Source: a virus | IMG/VR virus record: IMGVR_UViG_3300045988_158809 | Length of the DNA stretch: 64,000 nt | Direction: 5' to 3' (one strand) | Shown: one piece after another, positions 41,404 through 50,626 of the stretch | How positions within the stretch are numbered: position 1 is the stretch's first letter | Layout of the letters: each line of letters starts with the position of its first letter | The notes under the pieces: generated by a model | Told to the model about the DNA's origin: nothing | Databases searched by the model: none | The model's input: the letters and a program-made list of their open reading frames with translations, nothing else | Program-made: the position numbers and the translations under genes

Positions 41404-42122
41404 AAAAACTGAATGTGGTTGTGGATATTGAAACATTGTCTTTAAGGCCCGACGCGGCTATTATCAGTATTGCGGCGGTGCCGTTTGTTTTGGATAAGAA
41501 GTCGCTACAAGATAATAATAAATACGGGTACTACGGTGTTCCTGCTTTCGATGAAATGACGAAAGGTGTATCATGCCCTGAAGAATATGCTCATTTCTAT
41601 GAAACAATCGACGCGACATCATGCGCCATGGCTGGAATGGCTTTCGATATGGAGACTGTCAAGTTCTGGTCCGAAATGCCCGATGCGGCAAAATCCGCCA
41701 TCCTTGAAAAACCGCGCGTAAGCATCCGTCAGGCATTAGAGGATTTTGTGGCTTACCTGGATAATCTGAAAGGAATGAACCAGGCCGATGAGCTTGTTAT
41801 CTGGACGCAGGGAAGTGACTTCGATATTCCGATACTGAAAAATGCCATGTACAAGGTGCTCGGACTTACTCCGGAAACGCTTCCGTGGAAGCACCGCAAT
41901 ATCCGCGACGCGCGTACTTTCATGATAGAATCGCTATCTTTGGTTTATCCCGACACTCCGGTGAACGAGCTTTACGGAAAACTTCTGCCATACGACGAAC
42001 TGACGAAACACAACAGTCTGCACGATTGCATGTGGACGGCTCTGAACATTATCAACGAAAAACGTCGATTGTATGGAATGTTTACATCTGGTGACGGGGG
42101 AGAAAAAGCTTCTTCGGACTGA
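41400..42122 (+). CDS. DEDDh 3'-5' exonuclease (DnaQ-like)
   Basis: VVDIETLSL (DxE), WTQGSDFDIPILKN (D) and HNSLHDCMW (H-x4-D). Confidence 0.75.
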   Translation: MKKLNVVVDIETLSLRPDAAIISIAAVPFVLDKKSLQDNNKYGYYGVPAFDEMTKGVSCPEEYAHFYETIDATSCAMAGMAFDMETVKFWSEMPDAAKSAILEKPRVSIRQALEDFVAYLDNLKGMNQADELVIWTQGSDFDIPILKNAMYKVLGLTPETLPWKHRNIRDARTFMIESLSLVYPDTPVNELYGKLLPYDELTKHNSLHDCMWTALNIINEKRRLYGMFTSGDGGEKASSD

Positions 42123-42153
42123 TTATTTCCGCTTGAATCCGTGGTTCAAGAGA

Positions 42154-42486
42154 ATGAGGGCAGATATGGGTGCGGCCGAGTTCGACGAATGTTACCGCGG
42201 AGTTTACAAGCTTATGAGCAAACTCTATTTCGAGAATTATTTCATCATCGAAAAGGTTTGCATCAAGAAACCTGAGTATCACGATATAGTCTTGGCCTGT
42301 TGCGATGTATATTGGCACATGGATTTGTTCGTCAATATGGATTACAACCGCGAAACGGACGCGATAACAGTCAGACGGCCTACGTTCCCGTTTCTGAAAT
42401 GTACGGATCACTACTGGCCGCCCGACGTTTACAGCCGACTTATCCGACAACCGGGTTTATGGGGAATAAATCCTGAAGATGTATAA
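42154..42486 (+). CDS. hypothetical protein
   Basis: Taken from ORF 42073..42486. This is the first ATG after the exonuclease stop. Confidence 0.45.
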   Translation: MRADMGAAEFDECYRGVYKLMSKLYFENYFIIEKVCIKKPEYHDIVLACCDVYWHMDLFVNMDYNRETDAITVRRPTFPFLKCTDHYWPPDVYSRLIRQPGLWGINPEDV

Positions 42487-45400
42487 CTTTCCATTATCTG
42501 AAAAAATGAGCGATTTATTAGAAACATTAGACAATATAGACTTGAATGCGGTGATGCAGTCACACGGCTTCCAGCCTGCAGCAAAGCAGGAGAAGGAGGA
42601 CGCTGTGATGTATTTCTGCCCGTTCCACAAATCGGACAGGCAGCCGCATTTCCTTATAAGCAAAGGCTCGTCACGCGGAGGTCTGTACAATGCTCCGGCA
42701 TGGCGCTGTCTTCGTGATGAACGCCGCAGCGGTTACGGAGCCATTGCGCTGGAAGCCGCACTTTCGGGTATGTCGGTCGAAGGTAACGACTTGCGCCAGG
42801 TGATGCAGAGCCTTTGCAAGATAGCCGGTATAGACGCCGACTGCCTGAATGACGAGAACCGCAACGGCATAGTTTCTTTTCCCGACGGATTTCCTGCCGA
42901 AGCTTCCGTGGAGCGCATGGAAGGTTTCACTCCATACGCATTGCAGCTTTTGGGGTGCCGCACAGAGAGAATGTATGAATATAAGAAGGGCGAGGGTAGG
43001 GCAGCACTGAAAGATGAAGAAGGGCAGCCCGTATATCGTTATTCTTTCGGACCGAAGTTTTCCGACAAGTACGCGAAAGACTCCAATTTCGACATCGAGC
43101 GTCTGCACACCGAAATGTGCTGCTGGCAGATTGCATCGTATATCACTCCCGGCAAAGGCAAGAGCAAAGGTACAAAGGTGACAGCCCATGAGCTTTATCC
43201 TATCTTCGCATTTATCTACACCACGAAGGGAGACAAGGAATACGGCATCATCTACGAACCTGAATACAGCGAGCCGGAGAGCGGAGTATGCGGCCGTCGT
43301 ACAGTGTTCTACACCGGCGGACTGGCAGAAAAGGACGTGAATCTCACTCTTTGCGGCGACGCGGTTTGCATGGAAGTATTGAAAGGTATAACTATTCCCG
43401 ATGCAGTGAAACGCGTGAATACCGGCGAGCCGCTACAGGAAGAGATAGAAACAAAGAACGATGACGGCGAAAAGGTGTACGAGCGTCTGCCGAAAGAAAA
43501 AGTTCGCGCCTATCATCTTATATACTGTAACTCCGCCCTCGATGCGCTTTGCTCGTACTTCCACCTGAATGCGGTGCGCGACTCCTACCGCGACGAACAA
43601 CTTAAAGAAAGTTTCTTTCACGTATGCTGGAACGAGAAGCCCGATACTGAATACAGCGTTTACACCTACGCCATGCAGAAAAAGATAGCGAAAAATCTTT
43701 ACGTTCTTCTTAATTTGAACAATGCCGGAAAGAATGCTTCATTCCGTATCGGCAAGAGATTTTCGGACGTGCGTCTGGCTTTTTTGCCGTATAACACCGA
43801 GAAGTACGTTATCTGCAAGGGCGGCGAGCTGAGGACCTGTGCCAGTGTGACCGATTTCTTCCGCACCTATCAGATGAATAAGGACGAAGCCATGAGTAGC
43901 GACTACGACCTGAACAAGTTTCACCTCCAGTCTCTCACTGCTGCCCTTCCTGTCAATCCGCTTATCTACGAGCCGAAGTACGACAAGAAAGGCACGCTCA
44001 TGAGCTACAACTACCGTCTGGACGTGATGCGTCTGTGGCTTTTTATGGCTTCCGAAGGTTACTGCCGCGAGGTGGAAAAGGACTCTAAGGACACTATGGG
44101 CCGTATACTCCGCATAAGGGGCTGTTTCGTGAAGGAACTGGAGCCGCAGTCCGTCATCGTCGATGCGTCGGAGCACCTGAAGGAACTCGCCAAACGTCTG
44201 GCACGTCCGAATACCGACGACTACAATAAAATGACAAACGCTTTCGTCAATTCCCGGAGCATTACCAACATATCCATTTCCAACCTGCCTGTCATCAAGG
44301 TGGAATACAATCGCGGATATGGTCCGGAACTCGATCATTTCTTCTACCGCAACGGAGCTTTGCGTATCACTCCCGACATGATAGACTTCGTATCGTACAA
44401 TGACATCGACTTTCATGTAGATGAAGCGCAGATACTCCCTTTCGATTTTGAAATGCCCTGCACCCGTGGTAACGAGCCTTTCTCCATTTATGAGAATCCC
44501 GAATATCGCGAGCGTCTGAAAACTCTGAACGAGCATAAGAAGGACACGAAGAACTATACCCAGTTTATGATTGAACAGGAGGAAGGAGAGCTCAATAAAT
44601 GGGCGCAGCACAACCGATGGAAGTTTGATTTCAAGGGGCGCGAGGAAAAGGACTGGTGGAAACCGCTCCGCGTTATCCGCTGCTTTGCGAATGAAGAGTT
44701 TGAGAAAGAAGCCGAACTTCGTCGCGAGAGAAAGGAGTTTTCGGAAGAACAGCATAACGACCTGCAGAGCCGCATGGCCAACCTGATTTACTCCCTTGGC
44801 CGTCCGCTGTTCCGCTTCAAGGGCAACGGTCTGAACTTCATGCCCTACCTTACGGAAAACAACGTGACCAGCGAGGGTAGGAGTGAGGGAGGTTCCGGTA
44901 AGTCTGTTTTCGGCAATATCTTTATGGGTTGTGCCGGTAAGGTACTTTCGCTCGATGCCCGCAATTTCAAGCCGGACACTGATACATCGCTCTTCCTGGC
45001 AACCTACATACACCGCGTGCACCGTGTGGTACACTGGGAGGACTGGCCGCGCATTCCGATTGATCCGCTATTCAACTACGTCACCAGTGGTTTCGTATCG
45101 CGCGACTATCACAAGAAGGCCGTCCGCGTACCGCTTTCGGAAAGTCCCGGCATGATCGTATCGAGCAACTATCAGCAACGCTACGACAATGACTCCGCCG
45201 AAGGACGTACCGTACAGACAGGTTTCTCCCACTATTTCCACCGCGCCAACAGCCGCAAGAACCAGCGAGCTTCAATGATTAGCGCCATCATGCCGGAGCT
45301 CCGCGACACGCCCGAAGAAATGCCGACGGAGATACGCAACCAGATAGCCTACATTTGCGCTTTGGCCGTACAGTTCTGCATGAACGCCAAGGAACGCGTG

Positions 45401-46063
45401 CTTCCCCCAATGGACAACCTGAACACCCGAAGCCGTGTGGCCGCAATGGGTTCCAAGTTTGTGGAATGGGCAGAGGACTTTTTCGCCAAGCCATACGTTT
45501 ATAACTGCCCTATCGACATAAAGACCATTCAGAGCGAATACATAGACCTCTGTGAAGCGTCCGAAAGTAAAAAGGATTTATTCTCCCTGAATGCCTTCCG
45601 CGACAAGATAAAGGAATATTGCAACGATATGGGTATAGACCCTCTGCCGGAAGTCTGTCTGAGTGGCGGTACCACCGGGAAGAAGTATCTCCGCGCAAAA
45701 GCTTGGGTACGCCAGACATATTTCGACGACGAAAAGATTTGGGGACCGGGAATGCGAAAGGATATAAGGGTACTGACGCAATCGCAAAGCTGCCTGTTCT
45801 TCTGCCGCAAAGGCCAGGAACCAAAGGATTACGAGGAAGTACGCCGTATCTGCCGCGACTATTCAGCACAGGAAGACCCGGAACCATATCTCGATCCTGA
45901 CGGGAATCCCGTAACACTTACAGAAGAGGAGCAGACGAAATGGAATGATTATCTGACGATGAAACAGGGCGGCAAACGTTCTTATCAGAAGTCTGGAGAA
46001 GCGGCAAGCACAGCGTCAGGAAACGATGGGAATAAAGAAGTGAAGGATGATTTACCGTTTTAA
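42479..46063 (+). CDS. primase-helicase (CHC2-like zinc finger plus P-loop NTPase), 1194 aa, with a DDLPF tail
   Basis: FCPFHKSDRQPHF...WRC is CHC2-like. GRSEGGSGKSVFGN is a Walker A motif in the C-terminal third. Ends in KEVKDDLPF*. Confidence 0.65.
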   Translation: MYNFPLSEKMSDLLETLDNIDLNAVMQSHGFQPAAKQEKEDAVMYFCPFHKSDRQPHFLISKGSSRGGLYNAPAWRCLRDERRSGYGAIALEAALSGMSVEGNDLRQVMQSLCKIAGIDADCLNDENRNGIVSFPDGFPAEASVERMEGFTPYALQLLGCRTERMYEYKKGEGRAALKDEEGQPVYRYSFGPKFSDKYAKDSNFDIERLHTEMCCWQIASYITPGKGKSKGTKVTAHELYPIFAFIYTTKGDKEYGIIYEPEYSEPESGVCGRRTVFYTGGLAEKDVNLTLCGDAVCMEVLKGITIPDAVKRVNTGEPLQEEIETKNDDGEKVYERLPKEKVRAYHLIYCNSALDALCSYFHLNAVRDSYRDEQLKESFFHVCWNEKPDTEYSVYTYAMQKKIAKNLYVLLNLNNAGKNASFRIGKRFSDVRLAFLPYNTEKYVICKGGELRTCASVTDFFRTYQMNKDEAMSSDYDLNKFHLQSLTAALPVNPLIYEPKYDKKGTLMSYNYRLDVMRLWLFMASEGYCREVEKDSKDTMGRILRIRGCFVKELEPQSVIVDASEHLKELAKRLARPNTDDYNKMTNAFVNSRSITNISISNLPVIKVEYNRGYGPELDHFFYRNGALRITPDMIDFVSYNDIDFHVDEAQILPFDFEMPCTRGNEPFSIYENPEYRERLKTLNEHKKDTKNYTQFMIEQEEGELNKWAQHNRWKFDFKGREEKDWWKPLRVIRCFANEEFEKEAELRRERKEFSEEQHNDLQSRMANLIYSLGRPLFRFKGNGLNFMPYLTENNVTSEGRSEGGSGKSVFGNIFMGCAGKVLSLDARNFKPDTDTSLFLATYIHRVHRVVHWEDWPRIPIDPLFNYVTSGFVSRDYHKKAVRVPLSESPGMIVSSNYQQRYDNDSAEGRTVQTGFSHYFHRANSRKNQRASMISAIMPELRDTPEEMPTEIRNQIAYICALAVQFCMNAKERVLPPMDNLNTRSRVAAMGSKFVEWAEDFFAKPYVYNCPIDIKTIQSEYIDLCEASESKKDLFSLNAFRDKIKEYCNDMGIDPLPEVCLSGGTTGKKYLRAKAWVRQTYFDDEKIWGPGMRKDIRVLTQSQSCLFFCRKGQEPKDYEEVRRICRDYSAQEDPEPYLDPDGNPVTLTEEEQTKWNDYLTMKQGGKRSYQKSGEAASTASGNDGNKEVKDDLPF

Positions 46064-46099
46064 ATAAAATATAAGTATAACATTTAAACAGAAAGAATT

Positions 46100-46633
46100 A
46101 TGAGTAATTTTAGTTTATCAGTAGATTTGTTGAAATTTATTGGCGCAGAAGTATGCAGCCTTGATTTTAAAGGACAGAAACGTAACTGTATCATCATCCC
46201 TGTGAATTGGAATGATATAGAAGTGAAATTAGATAACAATGGAAAGCCTGCAGCCGCACCGGTCTATATGAGAGGATGGGAGGCAAAGGAGTCTTACATT
46301 GAAGCCTGCAAGAAAAAGAACTCCGACAATAAGGATTTCGTGCCGCCTTCACATTTGCTCGAAGTAAACTGGCATGAGGATTTTATGAATCAGGCGGTAG
46401 AGACTGTATATAACCGAATGAAGGCCGACCCGCAGAATGCAAGTATCAGTGAAGAAGATTTGAGGAAGAAAGCGCTTTACGAGGTTAGAAACAAACTTCG
46501 CGTCGGCAATATGAAGATGTTGGCTAAACGTGAACAGCCCACACTCCAGGGCGATGCTGCCCCTCTGAATGCCGCTCCGCAGGAATTTTCTAAGGAGGTT
46601 GAAGTAGACGAGAAAGACGACCTTCCATTCTGA
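46100..46633 (+). CDS. putative non-canonical ssDNA-binding protein with an SSB-like acidic tip
   Basis: Last gene of the replication operon. Flexible C-terminus ending in EVDEKDDLPF*. I recognise no canonical OB signature. Confidence 0.4.
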   Translation: MSNFSLSVDLLKFIGAEVCSLDFKGQKRNCIIIPVNWNDIEVKLDNNGKPAAAPVYMRGWEAKESYIEACKKKNSDNKDFVPPSHLLEVNWHEDFMNQAVETVYNRMKADPQNASISEEDLRKKALYEVRNKLRVGNMKMLAKREQPTLQGDAAPLNAAPQEFSKEVEVDEKDDLPF

Positions 46634-46667
46634 TATAAGCCATTTTTCGTATATACTTTTTCATTTA

Positions 46668-46710
46668 TCCCGCTCCGCGAATCCAGTATTCGGGGGCGGG
46701 ATTTTTCGTT
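46668..46710 (+). terminator. Intrinsic terminator after the replication operon
   Basis: TCCCGCTCCGCGAAT / ATTCGGGGGCGGGA imperfect stem followed by TTTTTCGTTTTT. Confidence 0.7.
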
Positions 46711-46880
46711 TTTCGTCGCGCGCACAATCCCCGTAACCCCTAAAAGAGAATGGTAGCAACCATAGCGGTTGCAGACAACGGACTTAATGTATAAAAGGGG
46801 CAGCAATGGAGAGTAAAAATGCTGACTTCGGAATTTTTTATTTTTGAAACCATTAAACTTTAGAGTAATATATAGACTTT

Positions 46881-46990
46881 TAGACAAAATATCAGACAAA
46901 ACCTATTCAGAAATACTTATAAGGCACTTTTGATTTTGTCTGATTTTGTCTGTGATTGTTTTTCATTGTCTGAACTGGACAAAACAAGGC
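46881..46990. repeat. Cluster of TTTTGTCTG / CAGACAAAA words, locus 2
   Basis: TAGACAAAATATCAGACAAAACC (46881), GATTTTGTCTGATTTTGTCTGTG (46932) and CATTGTCTGAACTGGACAAAACAAGG (46965). Confidence 0.7.
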
Positions 46991-47133
46991 TAAAAACTGT
47001 ATATTTTCTGCATAAATCAGTAAAAACGTGATTTCCGTGCCGTGCGAACGTCGGCTTTTCATTCTTTCGGTTTGTGCTGTCTTATCGTATTTTTTGTGAT
47101 GGTTTTCCGGATATATTTTCTGCCACATAACAT

Positions 47134-47174
47134 TAAAGAATCTATCCCGAAATGGCATAAAATATTTACCTTTG
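47134..47174. promoter_or_regulatory. Inverted copy of the 22-nt operator-like site plus a -7 box
   Basis: TAAAGAATCTATCCCGAAATGG is the reverse complement of CCATTTCGGGATAGATTCTTTA. TAccTTTG lies at 47167-47174. Confidence 0.55.
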
Positions 47175-47199
47175 TGATGTGTGTTTTAATTATTTTAAT

Positions 47200-47367
47200 A
47201 TGAAAACGATTTTAAGTATCTTGACGGTCTCTAAAAGTGGATGCAGAAAAGTTCTGCACACTTCGTATGTCACTTCAGACTTGAATGCTTATCGTGCGGA
47301 GATTCTGGAACGCAATCCTGATTTGGAAAGAGTGTTTTTCATGTACGAAGAGCAAAACGTAGAGTAA
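47200..47367 (+). CDS. small hypothetical protein (55 aa)
   Basis: Taken from ORF 47179..47367. The ATG at 47200 is about 26 nt after the -7 box. Confidence 0.35.
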   Translation: MKTILSILTVSKSGCRKVLHTSYVTSDLNAYRAEILERNPDLERVFFMYEEQNVE

Positions 47368-47453
47368 ACTCTAATGTTTAATGTTTTTTGTGAGAATTCT
47401 GACATTTTCGCAAAAAAGTATCTATCTTTGTATCGTAATCAATTTAAAATAAC

Positions 47454-47852
47454 ATGTACACACGTCTGGTGAAGAGTGTCGTGGTTGTTCTTTTGTTGAC
47501 GCTATTCGCATGTAGTGAGAAAGAATCTCCTATCGACCTTAACAAATCGGACATTGTGGGTGAGTGGGAAACGGAATATTTTGAGTGCGCTCCTATGTAT
47601 GGCCCGCTAAAGGCTGTATTTACGGATGAAGGCACTTTCCGTTTTGAGTATTACATGAGCTTCAATGAGGATGATGACCGGAGTCTGGTCAGGGAAACTG
47701 GTATGTATTCGGTTTCTGGAAACAAGTTGAAGTATCAAAGTGAATACGGTTACTCCGGTGAGGTTTCTATCGAAGCGTTTACCGGGCGCACAGCCATCTT
47801 CAATGTTTCGAACGGAGAAATCGGATTCTCCGCCAAAGCTTCCAAAAAGTAG
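47454..47852 (+). CDS. lipoprotein, lipocalin-like (paralog of 52010..52408)
   Basis: Signal peptide plus lipobox LTLFAC. IVGEWETEYFECAPMYGPLKAVF parallels LVGTWKTDYFDKSPFYGPMAITF in the paralog. Confidence 0.7.
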   Translation: MYTRLVKSVVVVLLLTLFACSEKESPIDLNKSDIVGEWETEYFECAPMYGPLKAVFTDEGTFRFEYYMSFNEDDDRSLVRETGMYSVSGNKLKYQSEYGYSGEVSIEAFTGRTAIFNVSNGEIGFSAKASKK

Positions 47853-47967
47853 CTTGGGTGTACAGGGAATCAAGTTGTCCGGCATGGTTTTTCCATGCCG
47901 GATTTTTTTTGTCACTTTACAAACTTCTTGATACATATCTTTGGTGTCATAAAAATATATTTTCATT

Positions 47968-48270
47968 ATGGCACAGACAACTCTAACCTTCCAGCCGCAA
48001 ATGGTTGACGGAAAACAGCGTTACGTTTGCGAAGAAACCGTAACAGCCGACTATGCGCTACATATAGAAAGGACCGGCGCCGGAAAACTTAACTTCTTTG
48101 TACGATCTACAGCCGACGGCAAATACTGTCCGTCGGACGTAAGCTCATTCCTGCAGAACCTCGCAAAAGAGGTGTTCGATTATGATTTCACTCACCTGGT
48201 GTACCCGAAGTACATCCGCATTGAGAGCGATACGGAGGTCACTTCTGCTACCCTCATTACAGCAGAGTAA
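47968..48270 (+). CDS. hypothetical protein (100 aa)
   Basis: ORF on the track, at the head of the fibre-like cassette. Confidence 0.5.
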   Translation: MAQTTLTFQPQMVDGKQRYVCEETVTADYALHIERTGAGKLNFFVRSTADGKYCPSDVSSFLQNLAKEVFDYDFTHLVYPKYIRIESDTEVTSATLITAE

Positions 48271-48273
48271 CGT

Positions 48274-48432
48274 ATGAAAATCAATTTTATAGGAGTAAAC
48301 AGATTGAAAACAGGGGGGCAGTATATCAATTTTGCAATTGAAAAATCCAAACCAGGAAAACCTGTTACTCCTCCTGAAGAAAAATACCTCGTACTCGACA
48401 AAGGAAAGCTCGATGTAAACAAATTAAAATAA
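48274..48432 (+). CDS. small ORF (52 aa) below the track threshold
   Basis: ATG 48274 ... TAA 48430-48432 fills the gap between neighbouring genes. The antisense ORF 48192..48440 is the alternative reading. Confidence 0.4.
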   Translation: MKINFIGVNRLKTGGQYINFAIEKSKPGKPVTPPEEKYLVLDKGKLDVNKLK

Positions 48433-48438
48433 TATGCC

Positions 48439-48690
48439 ATGGCAGATATTCAGAAATTAAATAAAACATTCACCAGAGAGCAGGTGTTGCAGTCTGATGA
48501 AATGAACACTATAACGAAGAAGATAGACGAACTCGTAGATGGAGTAAACTCTTCCTTGAAACAAGTACCTGAAGGCTACATAACAGAAGAAGAACTTGCG
48601 AAGAAAGGGTACGCTACCTCTCAGGATTTAAGCAATGCTATAGGAGATATAAACACAGTACTTGATGAAGTAAACGGGGAGGTGATATAA
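48439..48690 (+). CDS. small coiled-coil protein (fibre-associated)
   Basis: Ends in ..INTVLDEVNGEVI*. TAATG overlap with the next gene. Confidence 0.5.
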   Translation: MADIQKLNKTFTREQVLQSDEMNTITKKIDELVDGVNSSLKQVPEGYITEEELAKKGYATSQDLSNAIGDINTVLDEVNGEVI

Positions 48691-50108
48691 TGGGAACGAC
48701 AGCAGACAAACTAAACAAGTTAAAAGAAAGCAAAGCCGCCATAAAGGCAGCCATTGAAGCAAAGGGTGTAGAAAATGTAGGAGAAATCCTTTCCGAATAC
48801 CCGGCTAAAATAGCAGCCATTCCGACAGGGGATGAATACGCCCTTGAATCGCAAATGCTGATACTGCCGGTACGTTCGACCATTATCACCACGAGTGAAG
48901 GAAAGACTGCAGCGATAGCCACAAACGACCATATCAAGATTGTAGATGCAGACCTGAAACATTACACAGTAAAAGAATGGAACGACCGAAGCGTGGCAAA
49001 TGGCTTCGACAACGAACTCATTGCTCCTCCTGTAGGCTTTTCTCTGGAGTGTAACGGAGTCAGAACTATATTATACTGGCCGTGGATGGGAGAATACTAT
49101 GCTACATCCGGCACTACAAGCAAGGTGTCAAACGCGATGCAACACTCCGTGTTTGAATACGACCAGATGACTGGAGCGCGCGAAGGTACAGATTATCACG
49201 GCACGGCAGATGAAAACCTTGGCACGCACGCCGCAGGAAGTCACTTCGCGGCGGATTGGAGCGTGTCCGTGACCGAAGACGACAAACTGGAACTCTATTG
49301 CGGCAATACCAAGCAACGCTGGATAATGGAAAAGAATTGCGGCAATGTAAATGCTATGATAGCGGATAATTACGCCGAACGTCTTGAAGCCATGTATGTA
49401 CAGAATGAATGGCTTCGCCACAGGTTTGCCATCTGTAGCGGCATAGCATCTTCTGAAGCAGAAGGCACAATAACCAATGTGGAAATCCTAAATTCATCAG
49501 GCGTACAGGCTCAGGTAGGTGAAGATATGTTTTTCTTCGTAAACGGCCAGAACACAGGTTTGAAAGCAATGTACAATACAAATAATAAGTATTTAGTAAA
49601 CAACGCATACTATTTCAAACCTGAATACGCTGAATGGCTGTACGAACAGCAGAAAACAAACGGTGTAAACATGAACGACACCGGAGTAAACTCCGTCGAA
49701 CGACCTCTTCTTTCTCCGGGCGCAAAAGGAGCGGAAGCCATTACTGTTGATGGTTATTGGTATATCATCACCCCATACATAAGCAGACCGGGAAGTTCCA
49801 GTACAGATTACGACTGGAATATGGCTGACTCTCCCGCTGTGTATTACATCAAATCTCTTGAAAATAAATATATGGTTGGAGAGAAAGAGTTATACGCATA
49901 CTGGACAAATAAAAGCATAATTTCAGGATTAATAAATTATCTTAATGTTTATGAAAAATGGGGTGTACCCAATGTCCTGGGCAGCAATGTCTGGAGCTGT
50001 GTCCGCTTAAATGGCTTCAGAGCCTGGTACGTGACCATGGGCTACGGCTACTTGCACATCAACGACCCGATCTACACCGGCAGTGTGGTGCCGGCCTCCG
50101 CTTTTTAG
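48690..50108 (+). CDS. tail fibre / receptor-binding protein candidate
   Basis: The N-terminus ADKLNKLKESKAAIKAAIEAKGVENVGEILSEYPAKIAAI is a motif I associate with phage fibre proteins. The C-terminus W.C.....AWYV..G.G resembles DUF1566 / lectin-like ends. Confidence 0.5.
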   Translation: MGTTADKLNKLKESKAAIKAAIEAKGVENVGEILSEYPAKIAAIPTGDEYALESQMLILPVRSTIITTSEGKTAAIATNDHIKIVDADLKHYTVKEWNDRSVANGFDNELIAPPVGFSLECNGVRTILYWPWMGEYYATSGTTSKVSNAMQHSVFEYDQMTGAREGTDYHGTADENLGTHAAGSHFAADWSVSVTEDDKLELYCGNTKQRWIMEKNCGNVNAMIADNYAERLEAMYVQNEWLRHRFAICSGIASSEAEGTITNVEILNSSGVQAQVGEDMFFFVNGQNTGLKAMYNTNNKYLVNNAYYFKPEYAEWLYEQQKTNGVNMNDTGVNSVERPLLSPGAKGAEAITVDGYWYIITPYISRPGSSSTDYDWNMADSPAVYYIKSLENKYMVGEKELYAYWTNKSIISGLINYLNVYEKWGVPNVLGSNVWSCVRLNGFRAWYVTMGYGYLHINDPIYTGSVVPASAF

Positions 50109-50251
50109 GAAAAGTGCCAGCCTGGATAGCTGTCGAAAGCGACTGTTACAAAAACAAGCACGCATCGCTCGAAGCAGCATCGTTTCATTCCAACCTGTCG
50201 CGTATTTATGAATTGATAAACAGAATAAACAACGGCTAATTTTAGAAAAAT

Positions 50252-50626
50252 ATGAAATATGGGAAATTAATCAATGATACTCTTGAGATTAAAGAGTTTG
50301 AAAACGGAATGGAGGTAGGCGGCAGCCTTACCGAGCAACAGATTATCGCACAAGGCTATAAGCCATACTGCGAAACGGAAAAGCCTGAAGAAGCAGACTT
50401 CTTCATCAACCGTGAACATGAAACCTGCATAGTTCAGGAGTGGGGAACGATAACCGAAGAATCCGGCATAAGCCGCGAGGCACTGCTGTTCTTTATCGAG
50501 AATACAGACAGCAACTCCGTTATCACACTCACGCTTCCGGCAAAAGACTATGCCTCAATCATCGAGGACGAAGAAATCCTGTCGGTACTGAAAAACAAAC
50601 CATCAATCTCAATCGTGACATTATGA
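50252..50626 (+). CDS. hypothetical protein (124 aa)
   Basis: ORF on the track. Confidence 0.5.
   Translation: MKYGKLINDTLEIKEFENGMEVGGSLTEQQIIAQGYKPYCETEKPEEADFFINREHETCIVQEWGTITEESGISREALLFFIENTDSNSVITLTLPAKDYASIIEDEEILSVLKNKPSISIVTL

Noticed and set aside
43739-45034. 431-aa minus-strand ORF, plus other long antisense ORFs (10944..11615, 5229..5786, 42671..43189, 26198..26617, 27962..28438).
   Set aside because: All are nested antisense inside longer GC-rich genes that carry recognisable motifs. These are typical shadow ORFs, with no start context or independent evidence.
46907-47158. 83-aa minus-strand ORF in the 46.6-47.2 kb gap.
   Set aside because: It overlaps the TTTTGTCTG repeat cluster and the operator-like site. 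It has no promoter-like box or convincing start context.
49950-50240. Possible diversity-generating retroelement variable region at the 3' end of the fibre/RBP gene. The evidence was a lectin-like ..AWYV..G.G.. C-terminus, a locally GC-rich patch, and a GTCG-AAAG-CGAC mini-hairpin after the stop.
   Set aside because: There is no reverse transcriptase, Avd-like gene or template repeat matching this region anywhere in the window. The hairpin is short and imperfect. It is worth re-checking only if an RT is found outside the window.
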